From Eubacteriales bacterium (GTDB taxonomy: Bacteria; Bacillota; Clostridia; Oscillospirales; CAG-272), in contig JAZRUG010000019.1 of NCBI GenBank assembly GCA_045652425.1, positions 644-64,643 of the forward strand: a stretch of DNA of 64,000 nucleotides, in the 5' to 3' direction. The notes under the pieces are model-generated. The model did not search any database and was not told the DNA's origin. It saw only the letters and a program-made list of their open reading frames with translations. Shown here one piece after another: positions 1 through 9,181 of the stretch. Every line of letters begins with the position of its first letter. The stretch's first letter is position 1. The position numbers and the translations under genes were made by a program.

Positions 1-467
1 TACTCGTTCCAGTCACCGTTCTTCGTTATCTCATACCACACTACCGAACCGTTTACAAAGTGACTTACAAATCGTACAATACATGCAAACAGCACACCAA
101 TAAACGTTGTTACGGTCAAGTTTGTCTTTTCGTTCTTCGTGAATTTCAGCGATCTAAACATACCCGCCAATCCTATTGACGTATATGCCACAATATAGTC
201 GAGCAATATTACCACTATTATACCCACTGCCGTAGGTACATACGCAAAGTTTCCTGCTCCCATCCACAGTTTGAATATGGAAAATATAAACGCTGAACCA
301 AGTCCCCAGCCAAGTCCGTGTCTTATGGAAATAATCATCAGCGGTACCATTGAGAACAGAGTTACAGAACCGCCGAGTGGCGCTTCGTATATCTTTATAA
401 ACGACAAAATAATCGATGCAGCTATAAGTATAGCGCTTTCTACCATTGTTCTTGTCTTGTTTTTCAT
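1..467 (-). CDS. thiT: Thiamine ECF-transporter S component ThiT (N-terminal part; gene runs off the left edge)
   Basis: Absent from the ORF track because there is no stop in the window. The reverse-strand ATG at 465-467 gives MKNKTRTMVESAILIAASIILSFIKIYEAPLGGSVTLFSMVPLMIISIRHGLGWGLG..., a polytopic ThiT-like membrane protein. It lies directly downstream of a TPP riboswitch. The listed ORF 154..531 is in another frame of the same strand. Confidence 0.8.
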   Translation of the reverse strand, partial: MKNKTRTMVESAILIAASIILSFIKIYEAPLGGSVTLFSMVPLMIISIRHGLGWGLGSAFIFSIFKLWMGAGNFAYVPTAVGIIVVILLDYIVAYTSIGLAGMFRSLKFTKNEKTNLTVTTFIGVLFACIVRFVSHFVNGSVVWYEITKNGDWNE

Positions 468-610
468 AAATTCTTACCTTTCCTTTTTTTAGTATAGATA
501 TATATGTAAAAACTTCATACCGCCAAAACATACACGTATTGTAATGCTTTAGGATTTTCGCTTACTTTTTAACACACCACTCCGGAAATGGCTTGTTTCT
601 TCTCTTTGAA

Positions 611-645
611 AATTAAAAATCCCACCCGATTCGTCGGGTGGGATT
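611..645 (-). terminator. Intrinsic terminator, likely the expression platform of the TPP riboswitch
   Basis: Reverse strand reads ATCCCACCCGACGAATCGGGTGGGAT followed by TTTTTAATTTT. It sits between the riboswitch aptamer and the thiT start. Confidence 0.7.
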
Positions 646-664
646 AAAATAAGCTCTTTTTTAC

Positions 665-755
665 CTATCTTCCTACGCCGGCATTATCCGTTTCAGGTTT
701 AAAGGGTTCGGTATTTTTACCGTCTCAGCTTCTTACAGCACCCCTGACAGTATTA
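665..755 (-). promoter_or_regulatory. TPP (THI-box) riboswitch
   Basis: Reverse strand reads CAGGGGTGCTGTAAGAAGCTGAGACGGTAAAAATACCGAACCCTTTAAACCTGAAACGGATAATGCCGGCGTAGG. It carries the conserved cores GGGGTGC, CTGAGA, ACCCTTT-AACCTGA and GGATAATGCCnGCG, and sits upstream of thiT. Confidence 0.85.
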
Positions 756-771
756 AGTTGTTTATTAAAAA

Positions 772-1698
772 TTACTTATTGAGCATCTTTGCGATTTCAT
801 CGCCGAGATTGTCTTCTCTCTTCTGGAGGCCTTCGCCCTTTTCGTAACGATAGAAGGAGTCAATCTTGATTGAACCGCCAAATTCCTTTGCGCAAGACTC
901 AACGTACTTTGCAACAGTCATAGAGTCATCCTTAACGTATGCATTTTCTGTCAAGCAGTTTGCTTCATAGAACTTACCGAGTTTACCGGAAGCAATCTTT
1001 TCAAGAATCTGGTCAGGCTTGCTTGCGTTCTTGGGATCGTTCTTGAGCTGAGCCTTGATAATGCTCATTTCTTCTTCTACTACGCTTGCGGGAACTGCAT
1101 CTCTGTCAACATACTGAATGTTGGAATATGCAGCAACCTGAAGAGCAATATTCTTTGCCATTTCAGCAAAACCTGCATTGTTCTTTGCAGCGTCGTCAGC
1201 AATAAACTTAACGATAACGCCTGTTGCGCCGCTACCGTGAATATAAGAACTCATAACACCGTCAACTGCGAGGAAACGACGAAGTGACATATTTTCACCA
1301 ATCTGGAAAATCTTGTCCTTGAGAGCTGCTTCAACTGTCATACCGCTTTCCATAACAAGAGCGTTAAGAGCGTCAACATCTGCGGGCTTGTTGTCAATAA
1401 TGAGCTTAAGGATTTCCTTAACGAACGCCTGGAAGCTTGCGTTCTTTGCAACGAAGTCTGTTTCACAGTTAACTTCGATCATAGCTGCCTTTTCGCCTTC
1501 AACAAGGATATCTACAAGACCTTCTGCTGCAATTCTGTCTGCCTTCTTTGCTGCAACAGCAAGTCCCTTTTCTCTCAAAATCTTTATAGCTTCATCAAAA
1601 TCACCGTTTGCTTCAACGAGTGCCTTTTTGCAGTCCATCATACCGCAACCGGTCTTTGCTCTGAGGTCGGATACTGCCTTTGCTGTAATTGTAGCCAT
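772..1698 (-). CDS. tsf: Translation elongation factor Ts
   Basis: 308 aa. The N-terminus MATITAKAVSDLRAKTGCGMMDCKKALVEANGDFDEAIKILREKG is the canonical EF-Ts UBA-like start. Classic rpsB-tsf gene order. Confidence 0.97.
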   Translation of the reverse strand: MATITAKAVSDLRAKTGCGMMDCKKALVEANGDFDEAIKILREKGLAVAAKKADRIAAEGLVDILVEGEKAAMIEVNCETDFVAKNASFQAFVKEILKLIIDNKPADVDALNALVMESGMTVEAALKDKIFQIGENMSLRRFLAVDGVMSSYIHGSGATGVIVKFIADDAAKNNAGFAEMAKNIALQVAAYSNIQYVDRDAVPASVVEEEMSIIKAQLKNDPKNASKPDQILEKIASGKLGKFYEANCLTENAYVKDDSMTVAKYVESCAKEFGGSIKIDSFYRYEKGEGLQKREDNLGDEIAKMLNK

Positions 1699-1731
1699 TT
1701 TTATATTCCTCCGATATTCTGTTATTTTTAA

Positions 1732-2484
1732 TTATTCAGCAATTTCTGCATCTTCTGCAGCTTCTGCTTCTGCAATTTCTTCAACAGCACTTTCGAACTG
1801 TTCACCCTGCTTACCTTCGATAATAGCGTCTGCAATTACAGATGCGATAAGCTTAATAGCGCGGATAGCGTCATCGTTACCGGGAATGAAGTAGTCTGCA
1901 TCATCGGGGTCGCAGTTTGTGTCAACAATTGCAACTACGGGAATACCGAGTTTCTTTGCTTCGAGAACTGCATTTCTTTCTTTGCGGGGGTCAACTATAA
2001 ATACGCATGAAGGAAGTCCGGGCATATCCTTGATACCGCCGAGGTTCTTTTCGAGGTCAGCGATTTCCTTCATTCTCTTTGCAACTTCCTTCTTGGGAAG
2101 AAGATCAAATGTGCCGTCTTCCTGCATCTTGAGAAGGTTGTTGAGTCTGTTGATTGACTTATTGATTGTCTTGTAGTTGGTAAGCATACCGCCGGGCCAA
2201 CGTACGTTTACGTAGTACATACCGCATCTCTGTGCTTCTTCCTTGATTGCGGAAGCTGCCTGCTTCTTTGTACCAACAAAGAGCATTGTGCCGCCTTCTG
2301 CTGCAAGGTCACGTACAAACATATATGCTTCTTCAAACTTCTTTACTGTCTTCTGAAGGTCAATGATGTAGATGCCGTTTCTTTCTGTGAAGATGTACTC
2401 AGCCATCTTAGGGTTCCATCTTCTTGTGTGATGTCCAAAATGGACGCCTGCTTCAAGCAGTTGTTTGATTGTAATTACTGACAT
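1732..2484 (-). CDS. rpsB: 30S ribosomal protein S2
   Basis: 250 aa. [19 protein letters not shown] signature, acidic C-terminal tail, SD GAAGGAGGA upstream. Confidence 0.97.
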   Translation of the reverse strand: MSVITIKQLLEAGVHFGHHTRRWNPKMAEYIFTERNGIYIIDLQKTVKKFEEAYMFVRDLAAEGGTMLFVGTKKQAASAIKEEAQRCGMYYVNVRWPGGMLTNYKTINKSINRLNNLLKMQEDGTFDLLPKKEVAKRMKEIADLEKNLGGIKDMPGLPSCVFIVDPRKERNAVLEAKKLGIPVVAIVDTNCDPDDADYFIPGNDDAIRAIKLIASVIADAIIEGKQGEQFESAVEEIAEAEAAEDAEIAE

Positions 2485-2574
2485 TTTTAATGTCCTCCTT
2501 CGGTTATTTCCACCATACAGCCCTTTAGATATTGCACCGAAGTCAGCCGTATGTGTGAATTTTCATACTCGAGT

Positions 2575-2603
2575 ATTATAACACTATATAATACACTTTG
2601 CAA
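2575..2603 (-). promoter_or_regulatory. Sigma-A-type promoter of rpsB-tsf
   Basis: Reverse strand has TTGCAA (2598-2603), a 17-nt spacer and TATAAT (2575-2580), about 90 nt upstream of the rpsB start. Confidence 0.5.
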
Positions 2604-2635
2604 GTTTTTTTGACAATTTTACAATTTATTTACAT

Positions 2636-3763
2636 TTACCCCTCGTTCGAGTAAACACACTTGCCGTCAACAAAGGTCATATAGCTTCTTGCCATAAGAC
2701 TGGTCATCGGATCTGCAGTCCAAATTACTATATCTGCGTCCTTGCCCTTCTCAAGACTGCCCACTCTGTCGGCAATACCCACTATCTCTGCAGGATTAAT
2801 CGTTATCGCTTTCCAGCCCTCTTCATAGTCAAGCCCTTCGCTTACTGCAAGTCCTGCGCAGAGAGGTAATACGTCTATCGGTATAACGTTACAGTCGGTA
2901 ACTATGCATATCTTAACTCCCGCCTTGTTGAGTATCCCCGGTGTCTTAAAGCTCTTACCCATAAGTTCAACCTTGGATTTATTGCCAAGAAGCGGGCCTA
3001 CCAATGCGGGATATCCGCTTTCCGCAACTATATCCGCAATAGAGGCGCCGTCGGTGCAGTGGTCAAGAGTCATATTGAGGTCGAACTCCTTTGCTATTCT
3101 TATCGCCGTCAATATATCGTCCGCCTGATGCATGTGAGCCTTAAGCGGCATCTCCTTGCGCATAACGGGTATCATAGCTTCAAGCTTCATATCAAATTTA
3201 TGGTCTTTTCCCTGCGCATCCTCTTCAGCATATTTTTTCGCCTTAAAAAGAAACTCTCTCATCATAGCCGCCGTTCCCATTCTCGTTGCGGGGTTCTTCG
3301 ACTTTCCGCCATATACCTTCTTGGGATTTTCGCCAAAGGCGCATTTCATCGCTATGGGTTGTTTTATTATCATCTTGTCAACATTGTTACCGTATAATTT
3401 AATAGCTGCAAAAGTTCCGCCCACAACATTTGCGCTTCCGGGGCCGGTACAAGCCGCAGTTACACCGCCCTTTAACGCTGCCGCAAAATCAGTGTCAGTA
3501 GGATTAATATTATCTATTGCTCGAAGTTGGGGTGTCAGCGGATCAACGTTTTCATTACAGCCGATTATACCTATATGTGTATGAGCGTCAATACAGCCGG
3601 GAGTAACCAGTCTGCCACCTACGTCTATAACTTCTGCCCCCTCGGGAACTTCTATTTTTTTCCCAACCTTTGCTATCTTGCCGTTATCATCAACAAGAAT
3701 ACAGCCGTTTTTTATATCCTTGCCTGTCATCGTCTTTATATAACCGTTCTTTATAAGCAACAT
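2636..3763 (-). CDS. Metal-dependent amidohydrolase family protein (paralog A)
   Basis: LVTPGCIDAHTHIG metal-binding HxH motif and a DHCTDG motif. I chose the start at M12 (MLLIKNGYI) because GGGGAG lies upstream of it. The ORF track extends to 3796. Confidence 0.8.
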   Translation of the reverse strand: MLLIKNGYIKTMTGKDIKNGCILVDDNGKIAKVGKKIEVPEGAEVIDVGGRLVTPGCIDAHTHIGIIGCNENVDPLTPQLRAIDNINPTDTDFAAALKGGVTAACTGPGSANVVGGTFAAIKLYGNNVDKMIIKQPIAMKCAFGENPKKVYGGKSKNPATRMGTAAMMREFLFKAKKYAEEDAQGKDHKFDMKLEAMIPVMRKEMPLKAHMHQADDILTAIRIAKEFDLNMTLDHCTDGASIADIVAESGYPALVGPLLGNKSKVELMGKSFKTPGILNKAGVKICIVTDCNVIPIDVLPLCAGLAVSEGLDYEEGWKAITINPAEIVGIADRVGSLEKGKDADIVIWTADPMTSLMARSYMTFVDGKCVYSNEG

Positions 3764-3779
3764 AATTTCCACTCCCCTC

Positions 3780-4925
3780 TCACATAGAATAAACAACTTT
3801 GCCGTCTACTATAGTTTTGTAACTTACAGCACCAACAGTCAAAAGCGGATCTTTGTCCCAGATAACTATATCTGCATCCTTGCCCTTTTCTATGCTTCCT
3901 ATTCTGTCGGCTACTCCAAGTATCTTTGCGGGTTCAATCGTTATCGCTCTCCAAGCATCGTCAACGTCGAGCCCATCTCTTACGCAAAGACCTGCGCACA
4001 TAGGCAAATATTCAAGAGGCACTACGGGAGAATCGGTTATAATACAGAAGTTCAGTCCCGCCTTTTTCAGCTTTGCGGGGTTCTCAAAGCTTCTGTTCTT
4101 TACTTCAACCTTATGTGAACCGCTTATCAACGGACCTAACATCAAAGGATATCCTGCTTCTAAAAGTTCATCTATTAACAATACTCCGTCGGTACAATGG
4201 TCTATCGTCATATCAACGTCAAATTCCTTCGCTATTCTTATAGCCGTCAATATATCATCTGCCTGATGCGCGTGCGCTTTGAGAGGTATCTCCTTACGCA
4301 TAACCGGTATCATAGCTTCAAGCTTCATATCAAATGCGTGAGGTTTGCCTATTGCATCTTCTTCTGCATACTTCTTTGCTTTTATTAGAGTTTCTCGCAA
4401 CAGCGCCGCTATTGCCATTCTGGTTACGGGACTCTTTCCTTTTTCGCTATAGTTCTTCTTTGGATTCTCACCAAACGCACACTTCATTCCCGCGGGATTC
4501 TTTACTACCATTTTATCTATATTATTACCGCAAAGCTTGATTACCGCAAAAGTACCGCCTATAACGTTAACGCTTCCGGGACCTGTACAAGCAGTCGTTA
4601 CACCGCGGCGCAACGCTTGTCCAAAGGCTTCGTCAACAGGGTTTATACCGTCTATTCCTCGCATCTGGGGAGTTATCGGATCTCCCTTTTCGTTGTGGTC
4701 ATCGTTTGCTGCATATATCTCATTCCAAAGACCTACGTGGCAATGTCCGTCTATACACCCCGGGGTTACGAGTCTGCCCTCGGCATCTATAACTTCGGCA
4801 TTCGCAGGAATAGTTATCTTTTTTCCAATCTCTGCAATCTTACCGTTGTCATCAATAAGAATACTGCAGTTTTTTATATCTTTTCCCACCATAGTTTTCA
4901 CATTAGCATTTGTAATAACCAACAT
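3780..4925 (-). CDS. Metal-dependent amidohydrolase family protein (paralog B)
   Basis: LVTPGCIDGHCHVG and DHCTDG motifs, highly similar to the downstream paralog. I chose the start at M17 (MLVITNANV), which is preceded by AAGAGG. The ORF track extends to 4973. Confidence 0.8.
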   Translation of the reverse strand: MLVITNANVKTMVGKDIKNCSILIDDNGKIAEIGKKITIPANAEVIDAEGRLVTPGCIDGHCHVGLWNEIYAANDDHNEKGDPITPQMRGIDGINPVDEAFGQALRRGVTTACTGPGSVNVIGGTFAVIKLCGNNIDKMVVKNPAGMKCAFGENPKKNYSEKGKSPVTRMAIAALLRETLIKAKKYAEEDAIGKPHAFDMKLEAMIPVMRKEIPLKAHAHQADDILTAIRIAKEFDVDMTIDHCTDGVLLIDELLEAGYPLMLGPLISGSHKVEVKNRSFENPAKLKKAGLNFCIITDSPVVPLEYLPMCAGLCVRDGLDVDDAWRAITIEPAKILGVADRIGSIEKGKDADIVIWDKDPLLTVGAVSYKTIVDGKVVYSM

Positions 4926-5046
4926 AACAAACCTCTTCTTGTTTTGGGCATATATTTGCCCTTTATTCATCATTATAATATCACTTAATTATCACCATTT
5001 GTTAGCCGCCTCTTCCTTTTTAACAATTTGTTTACATTTAATCTTC

Positions 5047-5075
5047 TTGACAAAAAACAACATAAATTGTATAAT
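5047..5075 (+). promoter_or_regulatory. Sigma-A-type promoter of feoAB, with an adjacent hairpin or operator candidate
   Basis: TTGACA (5047-5052), a 17-nt spacer and TATAAT (5070-5075). The inverted repeat GTTAGCaaagGCTAAC follows immediately at about 5077-5092. Confidence 0.55.
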
Positions 5076-5127
5076 GAGTTAGCAAAGGCTAACTGATGCG
5101 TTTTATTGTTTTGGAAAGGTACTATTT

Positions 5128-7482
5128 ATGACACTAAAAGAACTTGCAGTAGGAAAAAAAGCAAAAATATTATCTGTCGGAGGTGAGGGCGCTTTACGTC
5201 AACACTTTCTCGATATGGGCGTTATCCCCAATACCGAAGTCAAGGTTATTCAATACGCGCCTATGGGGGACCCCGTTGAACTTTTGATTCACGGTTATTC
5301 TCTTACACTTCGCCTTGACGATGCGGCTCAAATCGAAATCGAGCCCATTGAAGATGTCCCCGAAGTTAATACAGTTAAAAAATCCGTAAGAACAAAAAAA
5401 CATCACCCCGGTCTTGGTGAAGACGGTATATATCACGAAAAAAACAATGAAACGCCTCTTCCCAAAGATACTGTCCTTACATTTGCTTTGGCAGGTAACC
5501 AAAACTGTGGAAAAACCACCCTCTTCAACCAGCTTACCGGCTCTAATCAGCACGTAGGTAACTTTCCCGGTGTTACGGTCGACAGAAAATCTGGGAAAAT
5601 CAGAAATTATCCCAACACGCTCGTTACCGACCTCCCCGGCATCTATTCCCTTTCTCCTTATTCGTCAGAAGAGGTCGTTTCAAGAAACTTTATTTTAAAT
5701 GAACACCCGCATTGTATTATAAATATCGTAGATGCAACCAATATCGAAAGAAACCTCTATCTTACAATGCAACTCCTTGAGCTTGGTATCCCCACCGTTC
5801 TCGCCCTCAATATGATGGACGAGGTTAAGGGTAACGGCGGTACTATATACATTAATGAAATGGAAGAAATCCTCGGCATCCCCGTAGTTCCCATTTCAGC
5901 TGCAAAGAATGAAGGTGTCAACGAGCTTATCAAGCATGCAGTACATATAGCTCAATATCAGGAAAAACCGCGCAGATACGATTTCTGCAATAAATCAGCC
6001 AAAGGCGGCGCTATTCACAGATGTCTGCACAGTATCATGCACCTTATCGAAGACCACGCGGAAGCTGCCAATATCCCCGTCAGATTCGCCGCAAGTAAAC
6101 TTGTTGAGGGCGATACGCTCGTACTCGATTCTCTCAATCTTTCGGAAAACGAAAAAGAAACCTTGGAGCATATCATTCTTCAAGCGGAAGATGAATCGGG
6201 ACTCGACAGAGCTGCCGCTATTGCTGATATGCGTTTCTCCTTTATCAAAAAACTTTGCGATGAAACGGTCGTAAAACCAAAAGAAAGCAAAGAGCATTTG
6301 CGCAGCCGTAAAATAGATAAATTCTTAACCGGTAAATATACTGCTATTCCCGCTTTCGTGGGTGTTATGGCACTCGTATTCTGGCTTACGTTCAACGTTA
6401 TCGGTTCATACTTGCAAGGCTTGCTTGAAATGGGTATCGAAGCGCTTACAAATATTGTTGACGGTCTTCTTACAAATTGGAACGTAAATGAAGCGTTGCA
6501 CAGTCTTGTTATCGACGGCATCTTTAACGGCGTCGGTAGTGTTTTGAGCTTTATTCCCATTATAGTTATTCTCTTCCTCTTCCTCTCGCTTCTTGAAGAC
6601 AGCGGTTATATGGCAAGAGTAGCATTCGTTATGGATAAGCCCTTGCGTAAAATAGGTCTCTCGGGCAGAAGTATCGTTCCTATGCTTATCGGATTCGGCT
6701 GTACCGTTCCCGGTGTTATGGCAAGTAGAACGCTCCCCTCCGAACGCGACAGAAAAATGACTATACTGCTCACTCCCTTTATGAGCTGTACCGCAAAACT
6801 CCCCATCTACGGGTTCTTTGCAGACGCTTTCTTCCCCAAATACTCGGGACTTATAATGGTCGGGCTTTATTTCCTCGGTATCGCCGTCGGTATAATTGTA
6901 GCACTTATTTCAAAAAGCACTACCTTTAAGGGTGAGGCTGTTCCCTTCGTTATGGAATTGCCAAACTACCGTATGCCCGGATTCAAAAATACGGCATTTC
7001 TGCTCTGGGATAAAGCTAAAGACTTCCTTGAAAGAGCATTTACCGTTATCTTCGTGGCTTCTATCGCCGTTTGGTTCTTGCAAACCTTTGATTTCAGACT
7101 TAATATCGTTTCAGACTCTCAAAACAGCATACTTGCCGTAATCGCAGGTTTCGTCGCTCCCGTATTTGCGTTACTCGGATTCGGCAACTGGCGCGTCGTA
7201 ACCTCTCTCGTTGCCGGCTTTATGGCTAAAGAAAGTGTTGTTTCTACCCTCTCTGTACTCTTCGGTACAACCGAGGTTATGAAATCATTCCTTTCTCCCT
7301 CGGCAGTTTTGGCGCTCCTCGTATTCTGTCTGCTCTATACGCCTTGCGTTGCGGCAATAGCTGCGGTTAAACGTGAGCTTGGCAGCAAGTGGGCCTTCCT
7401 TATGGTAATAGGTCAGTGCGTTCTTGCTTGGATTTGCGCTCTGTTGGTAAGAACCGTTGCTCTCTTACTCGGTCTTGCGTAA
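5128..7482 (+). CDS. feoB: Ferrous iron transporter, FeoA-FeoB fusion
   Basis: 784 aa. The N-terminal ~75 aa form a FeoA/SH3-like domain (AKILSVGGEGALRQHFLDMGVIPNTEVKV). This is followed by a G-domain (GNQNCGKTTLFNQLTG) and a polytopic permease. Confidence 0.93.
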   Translation: MTLKELAVGKKAKILSVGGEGALRQHFLDMGVIPNTEVKVIQYAPMGDPVELLIHGYSLTLRLDDAAQIEIEPIEDVPEVNTVKKSVRTKKHHPGLGEDGIYHEKNNETPLPKDTVLTFALAGNQNCGKTTLFNQLTGSNQHVGNFPGVTVDRKSGKIRNYPNTLVTDLPGIYSLSPYSSEEVVSRNFILNEHPHCIINIVDATNIERNLYLTMQLLELGIPTVLALNMMDEVKGNGGTIYINEMEEILGIPVVPISAAKNEGVNELIKHAVHIAQYQEKPRRYDFCNKSAKGGAIHRCLHSIMHLIEDHAEAANIPVRFAASKLVEGDTLVLDSLNLSENEKETLEHIILQAEDESGLDRAAAIADMRFSFIKKLCDETVVKPKESKEHLRSRKIDKFLTGKYTAIPAFVGVMALVFWLTFNVIGSYLQGLLEMGIEALTNIVDGLLTNWNVNEALHSLVIDGIFNGVGSVLSFIPIIVILFLFLSLLEDSGYMARVAFVMDKPLRKIGLSGRSIVPMLIGFGCTVPGVMASRTLPSERDRKMTILLTPFMSCTAKLPIYGFFADAFFPKYSGLIMVGLYFLGIAVGIIVALISKSTTFKGEAVPFVMELPNYRMPGFKNTAFLLWDKAKDFLERAFTVIFVASIAVWFLQTFDFRLNIVSDSQNSILAVIAGFVAPVFALLGFGNWRVVTSLVAGFMAKESVVSTLSVLFGTTEVMKSFLSPSAVLALLVFCLLYTPCVAAIAAVKRELGSKWAFLMVIGQCVLAWICALLVRTVALLLGLA

Positions 7483-7515
7483 ATAAAAATCTTGTAATTT
7501 TATTTGGAGAAAACA

Positions 7516-8193
7516 ATGATAAAAGCAGTACTTATTGATATAGACGACACCTTGCTCGACTTCAGAAAAAGCGCGAATACCGCTATTCGTATTTGCTTTG
7601 AAAAATACGGTCTTTTATTTACGCCGCACGTTATAGATACTTTCCATACGATTAACGACGAGCTTTGGCGCAAAATCGAAAGAAAAGAAATAACAAAGCA
7701 GGAAATGTATGGGCTTCGTTGGGTAACAATATTCAAAGAACTCGGTATCGAACGCGACGGTTTTGAAATGGAAGCACTCTTCAGAAGTACTCTTTCGGGT
7801 ATTGCAGAGCCTGTCGATAACGCTTATGAACTGCTTGAATATCTATACAAAAAATATCCCCTCTTTGCCGCAAGTAATTCTTCATTTGAGCATCAAAGAA
7901 AGCGTATGACACAGTCGGATATGTTGAAATATTTTCAAAAAATGTTCGTCTCCGAAACCGTCGGCGCACTTAAACCCGCAAAAGAGTTCTTCGATTTTTG
8001 TTTTAATGAAATGGGTAACCCAAATCCAAGTGAGGTAGTTATTATAGGCGATTCGCTTACGTCGGATATCAGCGGCGGGGTAAGCTATGGGCTTAAAACC
8101 ATTTGGTTTAATCCAGTCAACAAAGAATTACCCCCAAACCTTTCACCGTCCTATACGGTAAATGATTTGAAGGAGATTAAAGAAATATTGTAA
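7516..8193 (+). CDS. HAD-IA family hydrolase (YjjG-like nucleotidase)
   Basis: The ATG at 7516 is preceded by GGAGAA. DxDxT motif in MIKAVLIDIDDTLLDF, and a C-terminal GDSLTSDI motif. The track start at 7504 is a TTG. Confidence 0.8.
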   Translation: MIKAVLIDIDDTLLDFRKSANTAIRICFEKYGLLFTPHVIDTFHTINDELWRKIERKEITKQEMYGLRWVTIFKELGIERDGFEMEALFRSTLSGIAEPVDNAYELLEYLYKKYPLFAASNSSFEHQRKRMTQSDMLKYFQKMFVSETVGALKPAKEFFDFCFNEMGNPNPSEVVIIGDSLTSDISGGVSYGLKTIWFNPVNKELPPNLSPSYTVNDLKEIKEIL

Positions 8194-8214
8194 TATAAAA
8201 AGGTATCTTGCGAT

Positions 8215-8410
8215 ACCTTTTTTGTTTGTTTTTTCGCGGGACGTCGAGGGTGGGGTTCCCCCAAATGCACGAAGTTTTTCACGGGACGTCGAGGGCGCCG
8301 TCCCCTACCGCATTTAACAATATTTGTACAAACCAGAGAGGCAAGTTCTTTGCCAAGCTTTCTGCGAAAGAAAGCGGGCCTACTTTCTTTCCTTAAAAGA
8401 AAGTAGGTTT
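8215..8410. repeat. Intergenic hairpin-repeat cluster (H4 x2, H3, H1)
   Basis: Contains GGGACGTCGAGGGTGGGG..., GGGACGTCGAGGGCGCCGTCCCCTAC, GCTTTCTGCGAAAGAAAGCG and CCTACTTTCTTTCCTTAAAAGAAAGTAGG (8379-8407). The same modules recur at more than 10 other sites in the window. Confidence 0.85.
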
Positions 8411-9171
8411 TTTTCGTAGATGTAGCCGAGCCCTTTAAGCAAAAGGTTCTCGTCGTATACGGCCTTCCTTTTCAAATATCCCCCTAAAACTTCAGCCATT
8501 CCGCCTGTTGTTACTATTGTTGCAGGTGTCTTGCCGAGTTCTTCGGTAAACTTATCTATAATACCGTCAACTGCTCCTGCGTAACCGTATATCACGCCTG
8601 AACGCACACACTCAACCGTCGATGAGCCTATCGCTTTCTTGGGGGACATAACTTCTATTCTCGGTAAAAGTGACGCTTCTTCAAAAAGGGCGTTTAACGA
8701 CAAATTTATACCCGGCATAAATGCGCCACCTATAAATCTTCCGTCTTCATCTACTACCGTCAGCGTTACCGCAGTTCCCATATCAACTATAACGCAGGGC
8801 AATTCGTATTCAGTCTTCGCCGCTACAGCCATTGCCACTAAATCAGCCGCAACACTTCCGGGATCGTCCGTCGACAAATGTATTCCACTCTTTATTCCGG
8901 CACCTACGATAATCGCTTTCTTTCCGGTTACTATCTCAATCGCCTTGTCGAGTATTCTCGTCAAGGGCGGAACTACCGACGACAACACCGCGCCTTCAAA
9001 CCCGCATTCCTGAAAACTTGCCATATCAAGCACACTCTTCATCTCTGCTGCATATCCAAACGCGGTCTGGTTTCGATCTGTCTTTATGCTCATTACGGGC
9101 TGTATTATTTTATTATTTTCTATAACACCGAAAGTAATATGAGTATTACCTACGTTTACAGCTAATATCAT
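8380..9171 (-). CDS. coaX: Type III pantothenate kinase
   Basis: 263 aa. MILAVNVGNTHITFGV N-terminus and the ASKHA fold motif VDMGTA. The last ~9 codons and the stop lie inside hairpin repeat H1. Confidence 0.9.
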   Translation of the reverse strand: MILAVNVGNTHITFGVIENNKIIQPVMSIKTDRNQTAFGYAAEMKSVLDMASFQECGFEGAVLSSVVPPLTRILDKAIEIVTGKKAIIVGAGIKSGIHLSTDDPGSVAADLVAMAVAAKTEYELPCVIVDMGTAVTLTVVDEDGRFIGGAFMPGINLSLNALFEEASLLPRIEVMSPKKAIGSSTVECVRSGVIYGYAGAVDGIIDKFTEELGKTPATIVTTGGMAEVLGGYLKRKAVYDENLLLKGLGYIYEKNLLSFKERK

Positions 9172-9181
9172 ATAATTTTAC

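Noticed and set aside
154-531. 125-aa minus-strand ORF at the left edge
   Set aside because: It is the wrong frame. The adjacent frame starting at 465-467 gives a clean ThiT-like membrane protein directly behind the TPP riboswitch.
1313-1894. 193-aa plus-strand ORF, and similar Ser/Ala-rich plus-strand ORFs across 1-23 kb (e.g. 3156..3584, 4537..5082, 16177..16569, 22943..23584)
   Set aside because: They are antisense to strongly supported housekeeping genes (tsf, rpsB, the amidohydrolases, ispH, pepT). They are low-complexity translations with no ribosome-binding sites.
5077-5092. The hairpin at the feoAB promoter considered as a Fur box
   Set aside because: GTTAGCaaagGCTAAC does not resemble the GATAATGATAATCATTATC Fur consensus. 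It is kept only as an unassigned operator candidate within the promoter feature.
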